A stretch of 64,000 bases of DNA from Paraspadella gotoi. Its lineage: Eukaryota; Animalia; Chaetognatha. Position numbers and translations under genes: made by a program. Location of the stretch: assembly GCA_051294375.1 (NCBI GenBank), contig CM119266.1, positions 26,292,851 through 26,356,850 on the forward strand. Direction: 5' to 3'. Below, piece by piece: positions 37,569-51,448 of the stretch; position 1 is the stretch's first letter; each line of letters begins with the position of its first letter. Under the pieces are notes generated by a model. It did not search any database, was not told the origin of the DNA, and was given only the letters and a program-made list of their open reading frames with translations.

Positions 37569-40160
37569 TCAGTCCACTTTTACAACGCTGTATATTTTTG
37601 AGACGAACCAAAATGTGGAAAGAAATCCGATGGTGCCCGTGAAGATAAAGAAGATGAAAGAAAGCAGAAAGGTGTATCCAAAATACAAAATCGTAGATGC
37701 CACGCCTTCGATAGACAGCTAGAAAATATAAAAAGGTAGCAATTAAGGATATGCGCAAATTTACTTTGAATCTTAAGCCAAGTACGTAAGTCACGACAAT
37801 CACCTTAGAAAAGAAGTAGTGAATGCAATATAGAAAGAAGTAGACGCCGGTGAATCCAGAGGTAAGGAAGGACCTCCACCACCAGTGATAATCCTCGGCG
37901 CAAAGATGAAAATACGCTAACAAAATGGTCGCCTCGGAGCAAGTGACGATGAGAATGACGAAGACGAGAAAGAGAAAGCCAAACATGTAGTAGGTCTGAT
38001 GGGACCAGATGCTATTGAGGATGAAGAAGAGCTGGATGAAGATGCAGCCGAAGGGCAGGACTCCGCCCATGAGGATGCCGGGAATAGGGCGCGTGTAGAC
38101 GGACTGGTCGGGAATTTGGCGCGGGATTTGGTTGGTCCGCACCGGATGCTCGATGATGCGCTTTTTGAAGCCAAAGTAAGCGCCGACGAACGTGAGGGGA
38201 ACGGACACACCGAACCACAATGCCAACAGACCGACCTAAAGTTTAGTTATAAATACAAAGATACTTCCGTTATACAAATACTTAGCTGCTATAATTAATT
38301 ACCAGATAGCCAAAGGGGATGGCCGCCGACGACTGCTTTGCCCATAGGATCAAATTCATGATGAAGAAAACGCCGAAGACGATGCCAGGACAAAGATGGG
38401 CAGTGAGCAATACGTTCGATTTCCATTTTTCACCGCCGTACATCTTGTATATACGCGCGGAGACGTAACCTGTTTGGGCCAATAGAGGAAAAACGGCGTA
38501 AATACGATTACAACTTAAAGTCAATTTTCGGTTGGTCGGTTGATTCCTCTTACCGTCGGTCTAAATGATTTAAATGCTCATAATAATTTAGTTAATACTC
38601 GATAGTAACGTGATGTACCCATAGAAGCTTAATGTACATTATAATAATTGTGCAGTTACCTGAAAATGTGATCACATGAACAAAAATGAAATGCGGCGCA
38701 TTTCTTTTAATACCAAGTAATTTTAGTTCATACTTTGCCATCAGGTGAGGTATAAAAAAACGAGGAATGAAATTTTCGCAACCAACAAGCTATATACTAA
38801 TTTTTTTTTTCAATAAGAAGACTAACCGGCAGGAGTTCCAAGACAAACGTATAGCACGATGACGCACGTCATGAGGGATCCTCGGTTGGCCGGCGACAAG
38901 AATCCAAGGCAGGCAAAGACCAACGTGACGGCCATCATGATAGCGATCTGCGTCCCGTTGCCGACCAACACGGAAAGGAGCATGCCGCGCTTGGGCGGCC
39001 GGAATACGTCGCCGTGAACTAACTTCCATCCGAATTCCTCCTGCGCGTCTTCCGCGTCCATCTGGTTATAGCGGGCGATGTCTTTGTGTAGGGTGCGAAG
39101 AAGGATCATGGCCACCATGCCGGAGAGAAACACGACAATGACGAGTGAATTCATGATGGAGAACCACTGGATGTTGGTGTGTGGCATCGAGTCGAGGATG
39201 TAATCCCAACGGGAGGACCACTTGATGCTATCATCTTCTTTCCAGGTTACGCTGTAAGTGTACGGGATTGAAATCTTGGCCGCTTTAGGCTGGTCTTTCC
39301 CGGGGATGGACATGGGGTTTTGTTGGCGAGCTTCTTTGCAATCCTCGATGGTTTTGTAACTGCGAGGTTCTACGTTGACTTTCACGATGCGACCAGAGGA
39401 GGGTGGAAGATACTTTTCGCCCCACTGAGCGTCGCTCTTGGGCTTGTGATGGGTTATAGTTATTTCAACGTGATTGAAGATGTAATACGTATTAGGCGTT
39501 TTAAATATTGGATTGATGACGCAAGTATCTTTCGCTTGACCTTTTTCCGTCACGAAGCAACCGATAGGAAAACCTATAGAGAGGAGTCTTGTTATTGAAT
39601 GTATAAGTATATAAACGGTCAGTCCGAACTGTATGAAAATAATTCTTACCAGTCGCGCAGTATTTTGCGTTTCCCTCGGCGATGTAACACCAAGTGACAG
39701 GCATGTTGTCTACTATCCAGTGATGCTGGTAATTAAGGTACATCCCCCTACGCAAAAAGTTGAGCCGAGCTTTATCCTCATCTTTGCTGGAGTCGTACGA
39801 CTTAGTACACGCAGGCCGACACTTAACCTCATCCCTGAAGGAGAAGCTGTATGGCGAGGAATGGATGCGCTCGCCAAAAATGACCTGGCCCAGGTTCTCC
39901 GACGGCGGGTGATCTATGCTCGATGTGCAAAAGTCAAAGTGACTATACTCGTAGGGAAGGACGGATTCGACGGAGTCGAGTCTGTTGACAAATACGGTGA
40001 TATTAGAGGCGCACGTCGGTTTCGAATCTTCGGGTCTGCAGTAGTTGACTGGAGCGAGCCCGGGGAGATAAAAGGCTTCCGAGACGCAGCAAAGAAAAGG
40101 AAGAAGCCAAAATGGGGAGTCGAACGATTGAAGAATCACACATAAAAAGTTTGGCGCCAT
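37569..40160 (-). CDS. TM9SF2: Transmembrane 9 superfamily member (TM9SF2/4 type)
   Basis: [88 protein letters not shown], ending VVKVD*. Confidence 0.92.
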
Positions 40161-40392
40161 GATTTCGCCAGTATGTTCAAAAGGAGTTAATTTTACGGCA
40201 ACGTTTGTATATATATCGTTGCGAAAAAGGATTACCGAATTAACTAAAAATGAAGCTGGGAAAATTTGAAAAAACTGTTTAAATTTAATTTTTTATCATG
40301 AATTCAAAATTTAAAAACGGCAAACAAATTAGTTTCATTTTTCCTAAAGAAGCGTCGGTCACAACGTTTTCAGCATCGCAGTTTCTGACAGT

Positions 40393-41810
40393 CTATTTGA
40401 AGATCTTGCAGCTATACAGCTTGTGCCCCGCGTACTTCGCAAAAGCTTCTGCGTTGCGAGGTTTGTATTCTTGAACTTCTTCTTCGTGAACGAAGAATTC
40501 TTCGACTAGAGCTTTGGTCGTGTCAGCCACTGGGTCGAGCTTTTGCCAATCGTAGCTTTCGTAGTCGATCTGCCAGTTGTCAGAGAGAGGGAAGACCAGA
40601 TCTTGGCCGCGCCAGACCCAAAGACCTTGGATTTGAGCATCACGGCTTTTGCCGAAAAAGCACATGACTGCAAATGCGTTTTTGTTCAACTTATCCAAAC
40701 GTTGATACATTCCTGAACGGAATAAAATCATGTACATTGTACAAACGAAAATGACTTACCGGTTCAAATCGATGTGCCCAAAAATGTGCCATTACCTGAA
40801 ATCAGGTTCTCAACCTGAAAGGACAAACCGAGATCCTCAGGATACTTGTATTCGCAGAGCCAGATGGAGTAATTATCCTTGTCGAAATTCTCCCAAAAGT
40901 GGGGAATTGCAACGGTCTTGATATCTTCGTTGGAGTAGGACCTTTTGAAATCATCGAAAATGAAAGAGGATTTGGGGAAACCGGCGAAAGGATCCTTTTC
41001 CTTCTTGGGAGCGGGTTCCTCTTCCATTTCCTCTAGGGTCTTCTTCTCTTCCTTCTTCGGCTTTTCTTCCTTCTTGGGCGTTTTCTCCTGCTTGGGCGCT
41101 TTATCGCCCTTGCCTTCTTTCTTGGCTCCCTTCCCGGAGAATTCCGCGAACTTTTTGGCATCGAACTGGGCCATCTTCTGGCAGAGGACGAAGTCCCCTA
41201 TGACTTTCTTGACTTGGGGCTGATGCACCATGGTCATGAACCAGCGGGTGACGTTGTTGAAACCAGCGCGGAACTCCGAATCCAAAACCCATTTGTACGG
41301 CATCAAAAGGTTGGCCATGCAACAAATATCTGCCAGCGATACTCTCTCTCCAACCAGAAAGGTTCTCGTCTTGAGATGCTCATTCAAGGCGTTGAGGGCG
41401 CGCTTGAGATCATCTTGAGCTCGTTCGTGGGCTTGCTTGTTGAAACCCATGATTCCCATGCAGGGGAAAACCCAGGTGCAAGCAGGCGGAAGAATTTCGT
41501 TATCAGCAAAAGAAACCCATTGCTGGACGAAGGCTTGATCGTCGGCGCTCTTGCCTCTTTGCTGTTCGTTTGCCAGGTAGAAAGCAATGGCGTTGCTCTC
41601 GAAGATATTTTTTCCATCGGCGGATTCGAAGGCAGGAACTTTTCCTAAGGGAAACTTTGCCAGAAACTCTGGGGACTTGTTGGTTTCGCCCAAAACGAAT
41701 TCGGGTGGGTTAGATACAACCTTCACCTTGGCGCCAGAATACTCGGCGGCGATGAGCGCTTTAAACGCGCGAAAATTTTCCGGGTAAGTGTAAAGGGTAC
41801 CGGTAACCAT
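40393..41810 (-). CDS. EEF1G: Elongation factor 1-gamma (2 exons)
   Basis: MVTGTLYTYPENFRAFKALIAAEYSG, GST-like domain, FDDFKRSYSNED, GMYQRLD, WQIDYESYDW, ending KIFK*. Confidence 0.97.
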
Positions 41811-41936
41811 TTTAACAATTTTAAAAAAGTTGTCTACCGACTCTGAAAAGATGAAAGTAATTTATAAATTATGCGGACCCAAAAATCTGTCATCTTAAAA
41901 CTATGATGAAAATATCATAATGATTAATGAATGAAA

Positions 41937-43298
41937 TTATCTCTCAGTAATATCACAGTCTTCCGAAGCATCAATACCGAAGACTAAATCGATCAGTGTC
42001 CGAGCATAGTTTCTTTCTTCTCGGTGTTGCTCTTTATCGCGCAAGAGTTCCAGCCGTCTCTGGAGTGTTCGTTTTAGTTGTAGGTCGGACCGCCCGCATT
42101 CTTCGCGACAGTCGGAGTCGCGCTCTGCAAAGAGCAGGAGAGTCGAAAACACATGTTCGAGGACAAAATTGGTCGTCTCAACTTGATCGCGACGACGGAA
42201 GGCGAGGCCGACCAGCTGCTCGATCATTCCCATGCGACGAAGCTCATCGCAAACCGCAGGGTCTGAGGCGGCGAGTGACTTGATCAAGAAGACGCTCTTT
42301 AACTAGCATAAAAGTATAAAAATTAAATGTGGAGATTATTGACCCCAAAATATTCAACAATCCTGCGCACCTGAAGCTTTTCGACGTCGCTTTGCGATCC
42401 CCTGAGCAAAACTTCCAAGCCCCTTAGTCTCGTGATAAACTCCTTCCGGTTTTCATCATTATCGCGCACCGCACACGAGATGGCGTACAAAGCTTTGACC
42501 CGCACAGCTTCTGGTGCGTCAGGCTCCTCCAGTGATCGGATAAACACGGAAAGCCACCCCTTGGATCTCGCTTGATTCTGCGCCCACGAGTTATTCTGAA
42601 GTATCGTTGCCATGAGTTCAAGTGTTCGCCAACGGAGGCCTACGCGCGGAGAATCGACGAAACGAATCAGGGAATCCACTCCACCGATCTTGAAAAAATC
42701 GATGGCGAAATCGATGTCGTCACACCATTCTGAGAGAAACCAAACGAAGTTTATTTTCCTTTATATTAAACAAAAAAATAATACTACACTCAAGCACCAG
42801 TTAGGTCGTCGAGGGCCTGTTCCTTTTCCTCTGGACTAGACTCATTTGAGTTCAGCGTATCCATTAGCTGTTGGAGGCGAACAACATGATCTGAGGTGAG
42901 ACTCTGAATTGCTTCGGCCAAAAAAGTGCGCCTCTCTGAATCCATCGGCTGAGCAGTTGTTGAAGATAAAGCTGTAACGACGGCAGAGATTAACAGAATA
43001 ATATTTAATATTCAATAGACAATTTACGTATATAATATATTAATCTAGTAAAACTAACGTTAATTTTAGACAGACAATTTTCCAAGCTTCACTTAAACTT
43101 CAACTTCGATAACTTTGCCTCTTACATATTAAACAAGAATGTTTAAACTTTCATTAAGTACAAAGTTCTTTCATTCTAAATTTTAAAAAAACATAACAAA
43201 CCTTCGGGATCGACGCCGGCCACATACTGAAGAAGCCCTGGGAGGGTATTGGCACTCCGAGGCAGACGATTTTCGCCACATTGCCCGTCGTCACCCAT
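41937..43298 (-). CDS. HSPBP1: Hsp70 nucleotide exchange factor HSPBP1/Fes1-like (multi-exon)
   Basis: PRSANTLPGLLQY, MDSERRTFLAEAI, DIDFAIDFFKIGG, ATILQNNSWAQ, VRVKALYAISCAVRD, LRRMGMIEQLV. Confidence 0.8.
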
Positions 43299-43868
43299 AT
43301 TATGGGCTCTTTTGTACGCTAACGTAATATTAAGAAAATGGAATGATTTTGTTTTTTAGGATAACAGCAACGGTTACCGTAACGGTCAAAATTTCAACCA
43401 TTAGTACAATAGAACTAGTCTATTCTTAGAAGAAGAAAAAATTGTAAAAAAAAAAAAAAAAAAATCAAAATTAGTGGGCCGAGTTCGGGAAAAAAGAAAG
43501 AATTGTTAATTTCCATTTGTGTTCATTTAGCACTTGGTGATTTAAGTGATTACTCTATTCCAACGACCAAAAAACTAATTATATGACGTTACTGGAGTAA
43601 ACATTATTGAAAGATGATTGTTTTTTAAAAAAAATGGCTCGAGAATGAGCATTCAAATCATTAAAAATCAGTTTTTCCACCGTGCAGAGGAAGATAAATG
43701 TCATAAAATGATGTACTAAAGAAAAATTCGTGTATCTAAGAAAGACCAACGATAAGTGTAATAAAAAAAAAATTAAGGCGGTGATCGTTCCTGATATAAT
43801 AAGATTTTTTTAAGGACTTTTAATAATAGTATTTCAAATGACCGAGCGAACAATTGGCGCCAAGCTTG

Positions 43869-45413
43869 CTACACTATTGCGCGTACGTTTTCCGTGTAAT
43901 CAACTTTTTTCAAAGCTGCGTCGGCGTCTGAAAATGTTTTATCGGTGGTTAAGTCATCGTCTTCCTCATCGCTGGCGAAGGAATATTCGTCAACAGATTC
44001 GGGTAATTCCTCGGAAATGTCCTCCGAGTTTGAAAGAGTCGCCTTCTTTTGCAGTGTCGCTTTCGCCGGTGGAGTGGGTTTCTTAGAGCCGGCATCCCCG
44101 TTTTTCACTTCTTTAGTTCCGTTGCTTGGGCCTTTGGAGTTATCGCTTGAATCTTTTTCATCATCATCGAAACCTAACTGGGCGAGCCAGTCGGGCTGCT
44201 TCGAATTTGACTTTTCGTCCTTTGCACCATAATTGTCCGAATTCGTCTTCAGAGGGGGGAGATCGCTCAAAAAGCCCCCATTGACAGTAGGACGGTCGTT
44301 TCCCTTAAGACCCTCGGCCGATTCTTCGCGACGGCGGCGAGAAGGAAATGTAGTGACCCGTTCTTTCTTGCCGGCGCCGGGTCCGAACAAGTCGTCCTCG
44401 TTAAAGAGGTCATCTTCGTCGTTCTTTCCGAAGTCGTCGAAATCGAAGTCGTTCTTTTTAAGTGGCTTACCATGAGAGGGCTTCGTCAACGATATCGAGG
44501 GACCGTTAGAGACCGTGGAGCCCTTGGTGGACGAGGTTTTAGGGTCGTTTAAAGACGAGGGGGAGCTCTTCTTTGGTTTAGGATCTTCTTTCGAATGAGA
44601 GAATCGGTCGGAACCTGCAGGCAGTTTTATTAAAATCATCAGGGATAGAAGGATTTAACAGCAAAAACATCAGCAAACCTGAACTGCTGTTGGAGGAAAC
44701 AGATGAAGCCGATTTGGGTCGGGGTATGCCGCTGGAGGGCGCGTCATGAAGAGTGAATCCTTCCTTCTTAGCCGCGGTCGGACTGGTTGGCACAGGAATG
44801 CGAGACTTAGAGGCGGATGGAGAAGCGCCGCCACCGAGATCCAGGGACGGTGACCCGATCGAAATAGCGCGGGAAGAATCGTCATCGACCATCTTAGGAG
44901 GCTGAATCGGAGTGGATATCGTTAGAGGCTTCGGGAGATGATTGTGAGACGTAGAGCCAGTGCTTTCGCATCCACTCAAACGGCTCTGAACCAGTCGCTG
45001 CAAAACGGGAGCGTCTGGGTCCTCCTCGATGTCGAAGGTCCTTGCAAGGCTGGGTCGATCCTCGAAGTCGTCGAAGGCACATTCGGTGGCGAGAACCGAG
45101 GACGAGGCCTCTAGACCAAAGAAGTCGAGGAAATCTTTAACAAGACTCAGGATGAGGCGGCCTTCTTCAGAGGAGAGAACACGATGAAGGCAGGGATTCA
45201 AATATTGGGTGGAGTCTGAGGGGTCTTCAAAAACCTGTGTGATCGAAAACGGGATGAATAGTATTATTATTGACAAAACCGACGAAAAAGGCTCACCTCG
45301 AACACTGAGGCCATTAGCTGAGCACGAATTTTGGCAAAAAGTCCTCGCGCCTCCAAAGTCTGTTGGACGATCTCCTTTAAAGAAACAACGCTTTCCTCGT
45401 CTTCCGCCGCCAT
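43869..45413 (-). CDS. CEP43: FGFR1 oncogene partner / centrosomal protein 43-like
   Basis: MAAEDEESVVSLKEIVQQTLEARGLFAKIRAQLMASVFE, LisH-like EGRLILSLVKDFLDFFGLEASSSVL, FLSDLPPL and acidic C-terminus with DDLTTDKTFS and VDYTENV. Confidence 0.8.
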
Positions 45414-45685
45414 AATAAAGTATATATTATTTCACCCAAGGATTAAATTGTTAATGTGGAAGTGAAACGCATAACGATAGTTTTGCCAAGTTCATGGGAG
45501 ATAAATTTCTTAGTACTGTCATGAGGAAATAAGGAAATATTTTGAATTGAATCGATAGGAAAATTTTCTTTACTAAAACTAAAAAAATAAGACAAGATTT
45601 TTAATAGCTCGCGTTCATGGAATAGAGAGCAACTATGAGAATATAAAAGAAAACAATGTGAAAACAAAGTGAAAACGATATTTAA

Positions 45686-46220
45686 TGTAAAGTCCGGACT
45701 ACCATCTACAACTCAGATGCTCTTTTATATAGGAGATATCGACGTAAATAAAATAAATGTACTTTTAAACACGTTGGAAGCCAGCGCCCATTCCGGATGG
45801 CTGTTTGAATTATATCTTTTCTCAAGATTTTTGTACATTCAGGGTTTGCCGCGGACAAGAGCGGATTTTGTGAGAGATCCTATAGGTTATTCTAGCCATC
45901 AATTTAACAGAATCAGTACACATAAAACATTTTCAGTCCCGCGTGGCACAGAGCATTTCTACAAGATGAATCCCGATCAATGAATGAAGGATCCAAGATG
46001 GCGGAGTTTCATGAAGGTTTTGCGTAGCACATGTTCAGCAGAGTGCGGAGCGTATCCTGAGGACAGGATCTTGGTGGATAAGGAGGAGCTGTAAAGTCCG
46101 GACTACCATCTACAACTCAGATGCTCTATATAGGAGATATCGACGTTCGTCTCTTTCTGTCTTTCACGGTCATTCTGGATTCTGCGTTGAAACAGGACTC
46201 TTCTCTAAAATAATAAACAT
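45686..46220 (+). mobile_element. Probable degenerate TRIM/LTR remnant
   Basis: Direct repeat TGTAAAGTCCGGACTACCATCTACAACTCAGATGCTC at 45686 and 46090, a purine tract GGATAAGGAGGAG before the second copy, and PBS-like TGGAAGCCAG after the first. No clear TSD. Confidence 0.5.
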
Positions 46221-46699
46221 TTGTGGACGCTTTGTGGATGCTTAGTGGTTTCTTCGTGGATTTGTTTATTTGTTTAATATTACTTCTTTGATTAATTATT
46301 TAATTTTTGTATTGTAGGAATATCTATATGCTTTGATTATTTTATTAAGGTACCATTAAATATCAACAAGACGATTCCCAAGGCATAAGACACATTTACT
46401 ATTAACTTTCTGGCGCCGCCGCCCTCCCGGGTTTGAGGGTGGTTTCTGTCCCCACTTCTTCTCCCTCTCCGCTAGGTCGAGGAGGGGGTTCTGATGAACA
46501 GATCATGTCAAAAAGAAGAAAATATTTGAAGGATGCCATTAAACATGAAAGACATGTTATCATGTCCCAGTTTAACAGGAGATTAACGTTTCCCCCTTGA
46601 AGAGCAACGCAAAGCCGCCGGAAAAACTCCAAAGAGTTGATTTTTTCCCATTGTCTCTCTCCACCATACGGAAATAAAGTGTCAACAATTAAACTTTCT

Positions 46700-46830
46700 T
46701 ATCCCTTACCCTAAACTTACTTACCCCTACACTTAATTATCCCTCACCCTAAACTTACTTAATTATCCCTCACCCTAAACTTACTTAATTATCCCTCACC
46801 CTAAACTTATTTCTAACCCTAAACTTATCC
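46700..46830. repeat. Degenerate CCCTAA-containing tandem repeat (mirror TTAGGG-like tract at about 48420-48490)
   Basis: Repeated CCCTCACCCTAAACTTACTTAATTAT units. Confidence 0.6.
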
Positions 46831-48994
46831 ATAACTATTGCTTGTATTAAATATTAAATTATGATATTCTGCTTTTTCGTAATAAAAACTTATCCTCTTC
46901 TTTCCTACGTTAATTTATATAAAAAACCTTGCTCTTCCTTCAGCCATAAGCCGCTATAGGTAGGAGTAGACGCACCTAATGGGGCGTGTCAAAAATTTAG
47001 AGCGAGTTCATGCTCAAAAAAAATATATACATTTTTAAGTATACTTTCAATGGACAAAAAATTTCTTATATGGCTCTATATCCTAATAATTAATTTTTAA
47101 TATTTATTTATAGATAAGAAATGCCGAAAATTTTTTAAATCAATTTTATATTTAAAGACCAGATTCAGATAGCTCATAAAAAGTTGACTGCACAAAATAT
47201 AATTCTTTTTTAAATATTTTTATGATAAGTCAAAAATAAGAAAAACTATAAAAATTGTCATCATCATTATCTTTTGATGATTTTATTATTTTTTTAAAAT
47301 ATTTACTGAAAAAATGTAAGAATTTTTAAAAGCTGTAATTCTATTTCTGGATTATCTTTTTATGCTCTATTAGAATCCATCAAAAAATTGAAGATTTCAA
47401 AAATGTTTTTTCTCTATATAGTAATATGATAATCTTAATTAGGATAGTACCCTCAGAAAAAAGTATTTTTGACAAAAAATATTTCAATACTATAAACTAA
47501 GCTCAAGATAGATTATTTTAAAGCTGTATACATTAGCATTAAAATTTCATCGACTATGGCTACTATAGGGGTCTAAAATTAAATAAAGCCAAAATTAATT
47601 TTAAATAAATTTCTGACAAGAAGAAATGTGGAAATGGCACCAATTTAAAAAAAAAGAAACTAATAATAAACTACCCGTAATGGTTGTCTAGGCCCTAGAC
47701 TAGGGAGCTGGTCTTTCCCTAACGTCGAGCATTTTGGTGTGCAATATATGGTAATTATTGGATTGAGGAAAATAATCTTACCGGAAGCTTTATAAATCCT
47801 AATATATATAAATACCATTAAATACGACCATGCAAACGGGTACAACGTGGCGCGAAGTAATTTGGCGATTCTCTATTTACTAACTGGCCGCCGCCGAAGT
47901 CATCGTCTCATCGCGCCGAATGGCGGCAAAGAGAAAAAAGAAAAGAGCAATCAGTTATAAATTAATAATTGCCTCCCTCGGTGTCCATGTATGCTAATGA
48001 TATAGACTGTCCAAAGTCACGGGCAAGCTAGCTTATTTATTAATCCATAATCTTTATATTGATTGTAGGTGTTGGATCCAAAGACTCGCGAATTTTGGGA
48101 TCTAACATGTTAATATGCTTCTTTGACCGTAGACGTTGTCGTTACGCTGTTTTATTATTGGAAATAATTAAAAATGTATAAGTTCAAATGAATAAGCTAA
48201 AAATTTAGATATGGCTTCTCATCATTGAGGTCTTTTGGCATTCCTGGAGATCAATACGCTCTGGAGGCATATGGAAAACGAAAAAAGAAGCGGAAAAAAA
48301 CGTAATTAAAAATTTTATTATTTATTATTTTTGTTTTATATTTGGGTAAAAATTATGGTTATAATAAATTATGGTTAAGAATAAATTAAGAATAAATATA
48401 AGTTAACTAAAAAAATAAATTAAGGTTAAAAATAAGTTAAGGGTAAATTAAGGTTAGGGGTAAATTAGGGTTAGGGGTAAGTTAAGGTTAAATTTAAAAT
48501 AAAGTTTTAGCTTAAATATACAATAATTCAAAATTTTAAAAAATATTTTAATATTAATAAATTTATAAAAAATATAATATTAATATTTATAAAGTAATAG
48601 TTTTTATTTATGATTATAACGATCATTTAATAATTCGGAGAGAGAAAGTGTGAGAGAGGATATCAAGGTTAAAATTACCCTTCTCTTTTTCTTAAAGTTA
48701 ATATTTAAATATTCTTCAAAATTAGATGAAGGTTCGAAGAACAAAAACCAAAACATGTCCGAATTATTAAATGATCGTTATAATCACAAATCAAAAACTG
48801 TTACTTTGTAAATATATATCAAAAGCAACAAAAAAATAAAAATAATATTTTTTTTAAAATTATTCGCCTGTGAAGCTTATCATTGTTATTATGGTCTTAA
48901 ATTTTATTTTTTCACAAAAAAAACGTCAATGAATTATCATATCAATGAATGATTATGATCGGATCAATGAATGATTATTATTGGATCAATAAAT

Positions 48995-49290
48995 GATTAT
49001 CATCGCATCCATCATTTGGTTATCGTCGCATCAATCATTTGGTTATCGTCGCATTCACTCATTTGGTTATCGTCGCATCAATCATTTGGTTATCGTCGCA
49101 TCAATCATTGGTTATCGTCGCATCAATCATTTGGTTATCATCGCATCAATCATTTGGTTATCGTCGCATCAATCATTTGGTTATCGTCGCATCAATCATT
49201 TGGTTATCGTCGCATCAATCATTTGGTTATCGCTCGCATCAATCATTCTTGGTTTATCGTCGCATCAATCATTTGGTTATCATCGCGACA
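48995..49290. repeat. 23-bp minisatellite (ATCAATCATTTGGTTATCGTCGC)n, followed by AT-rich degenerate tandems to about 49620
   Basis: About 12 units are visible. A related degenerate array lies on the opposite strand at about 11240-11525. Confidence 0.9.
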
Positions 49291-49840
49291 ATCATATAAC
49301 ATATCAATCAATTACTATTACAATAATCAATCAATTACTATTACAATAATCAATCAATTACTATTACATTATTATATTAATCAATAAATTAATATTACAT
49401 TAATCAATAAATTAATATTACATTAATCAATAAATTATAATTACATTAATCAATCAATTATAATTACATTAATCAATCAATTATAATTACATCAATCAAT
49501 CAATTATAATTACATCAATCAATCAATTATTATTATAACAATCAATCAATTATTATTACATAATCAATTATTATTACATCAATCCATCAATTACTATTAT
49601 ATCAATCAATAATTTATTATTACAGAAGATTACTAAAGAAGATAAGACTATACAAAAAAATGGTTATCATCATCAAATTCTAGACTTTATTACACTAAAA
49701 TATATATGTACCTCACTTGACTTGTTATATTTCGTTATTTTTCAACGTCCTACTAAATAAGGTATATTTCATAAATGAAGATTTTAAAGTGAAGAAAGAG
49801 AAAGAGTCTGTAAAAATATTTGTTTCACAAATCAATTCGT

Positions 49841-49887
49841 TTTTGCGCTGATGAAAGATTACATTAAAGCTGAAACATGTCCGAAAT
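49841..49887 (+). ncRNA. Minimal type I hammerhead ribozyme motif (partly degenerate)
   Basis: TTTTGCG-CTGATGA-AAGATTACATTAAAGCT-GAAACATGTC^CGAAA, the same family as the 55.6 kb copy. Confidence 0.55.
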
Positions 49888-51448
49888 TTGTTTTTTTATA
49901 AAACTAGTACGTAAACAAATAATTCATTTTCTATCTCAAATTTTATTATAAAATTATAAAATTTGTATTAGTGAACAAAAAAATGTATGAAATTGGTACA
50001 ACCAATATAAAAATTATCCATTCATTTAATAAATAAGCTATCTTGCCCCTGACTTTGGACAGGCTTTGGTGGTTTAAGGCCTCCATCACTCTTACAAGAT
50101 AATGACTAGCAGGTCCCTGCAAGCTTTCAATCAAGACTCTCTCACAGTCTCGTTTATTCACTCCCAGAGTACCTGGCTTCCCTATCAATGAAGTGGTATA
50201 ATATTTCAAAGAATGTTTCAATTGTATGAAAAGACCACTCCCTTAAGTATTAGATCGGGGAATACTTATTGTACTCCGCACTAGCATCAAAATACAAGGA
50301 GCTGAATTTTATGAAATTGGTACAACCAATATAAAAATTATCCATTCATTTAATAAATAAGCTATCTTGCCCCTGACTTTGGACATATTATTGCCAAAAT
50401 GAGACTCGACGCTAAAGGGAAAACAAAATTAAATGGATTAACAAAACACCGACAGGTGGTAGCTAAAGTTGGTTGCGGACGTCGAATAGTAAAGTTACCC
50501 AGGAAGGGAAGGGGATGTTAAGGGTAATTAGGATTAAGGGATTTTGTGTTTAGAATTAATTGGGTTACTATATAAAGTTTAAAATTTTTAAAAAAAATTT
50601 TATTATAGATTCTGGTAGAGCTTTAAAAGTTAGATAAAGGTTATTAATACAACTTTTTAAATTATTTTTGTTTTATTGATAAAAGTTTAAAAAAAAACTA
50701 TAAAATTCAGCCAATGATGATGATGATGAATTTTTTAAGGTTTTTTCTATTTTTAACCAATTTATTGTCAAAATTTTAAAAAATTGTAGTACTAACTTTC
50801 ATTTAACTTTTTAAGTCATAGGAATCTGTTCTTAAAAAATAAAATTTAATTTTTTTTTCATTTGTTATATATTAAAAAATATTTAAAAGCTTCAGTGCAA
50901 CAACCCAATGAACTAATTCAAAAAGTTGCATTGAAAATCGATTTAGTAATAGAAGGAAAAAAGGATTTTTTTTAGATAACAAGAAGTGTTCAATTTTGGT
51001 CCGCCTAAAGGGGCTAAACTAAAGTAAGGTGTTCGACAAACAATTTTATATTAAAAATATTTTTTAATCTACAATAGGTTTCTTTACTTTCTCTACATTG
51101 TTGCTTCCATGAAACCACAGACTGGTAAGTTAAACAGTGAATCTGAATGTTAAATTTTACCGATTTGGATGCGATTGGTCGATACCTTGAAGTTAAAAGT
51201 TGAAGTTAGATACGTGATTCTTCATTCAATCCTTTTGTATGGTGGCGCCGTGATTCGGAAGTTTCGCAAAGACGAAACAGAACAGAAAGAAAAGATTTTT
51301 TTATTTCACTAAGGAGGGCGCCACTGTATAAGGTTATTCATGTAAAGCATAGCTGATCTAATCGAAGTCCGCTGTGATTCTAGATTCGTTTTCTAAATTG
51401 TCAAATATATTATTTATCCTAAGTCAAGAAACATTTTTGTCGAGGATC

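Noticed and set aside
40945-41787. Plus-strand ORFs overlapping EEF1G and other genes
   Set aside because: Antisense shadows of GC-rich coding exons.
46400-47930. GC-richer patches with splice-like signals upstream of CEP43
   Set aside because: Could not be assembled into a recognisable protein; may be non-coding exons.
48420-48490. True telomeric array
   Set aside because: Short, degenerate and internal; more likely part of a repeat.
48971-49387. Repetitive ORFs, and a possible CRISPR-like array
   Set aside because: Tandem 23-bp units without unique spacers in a eukaryotic context; this is a minisatellite.
49946-50221. ORF recurring in the 322-bp repeat
   Set aside because: No recognisable domain, and the frame is not preserved across copies.
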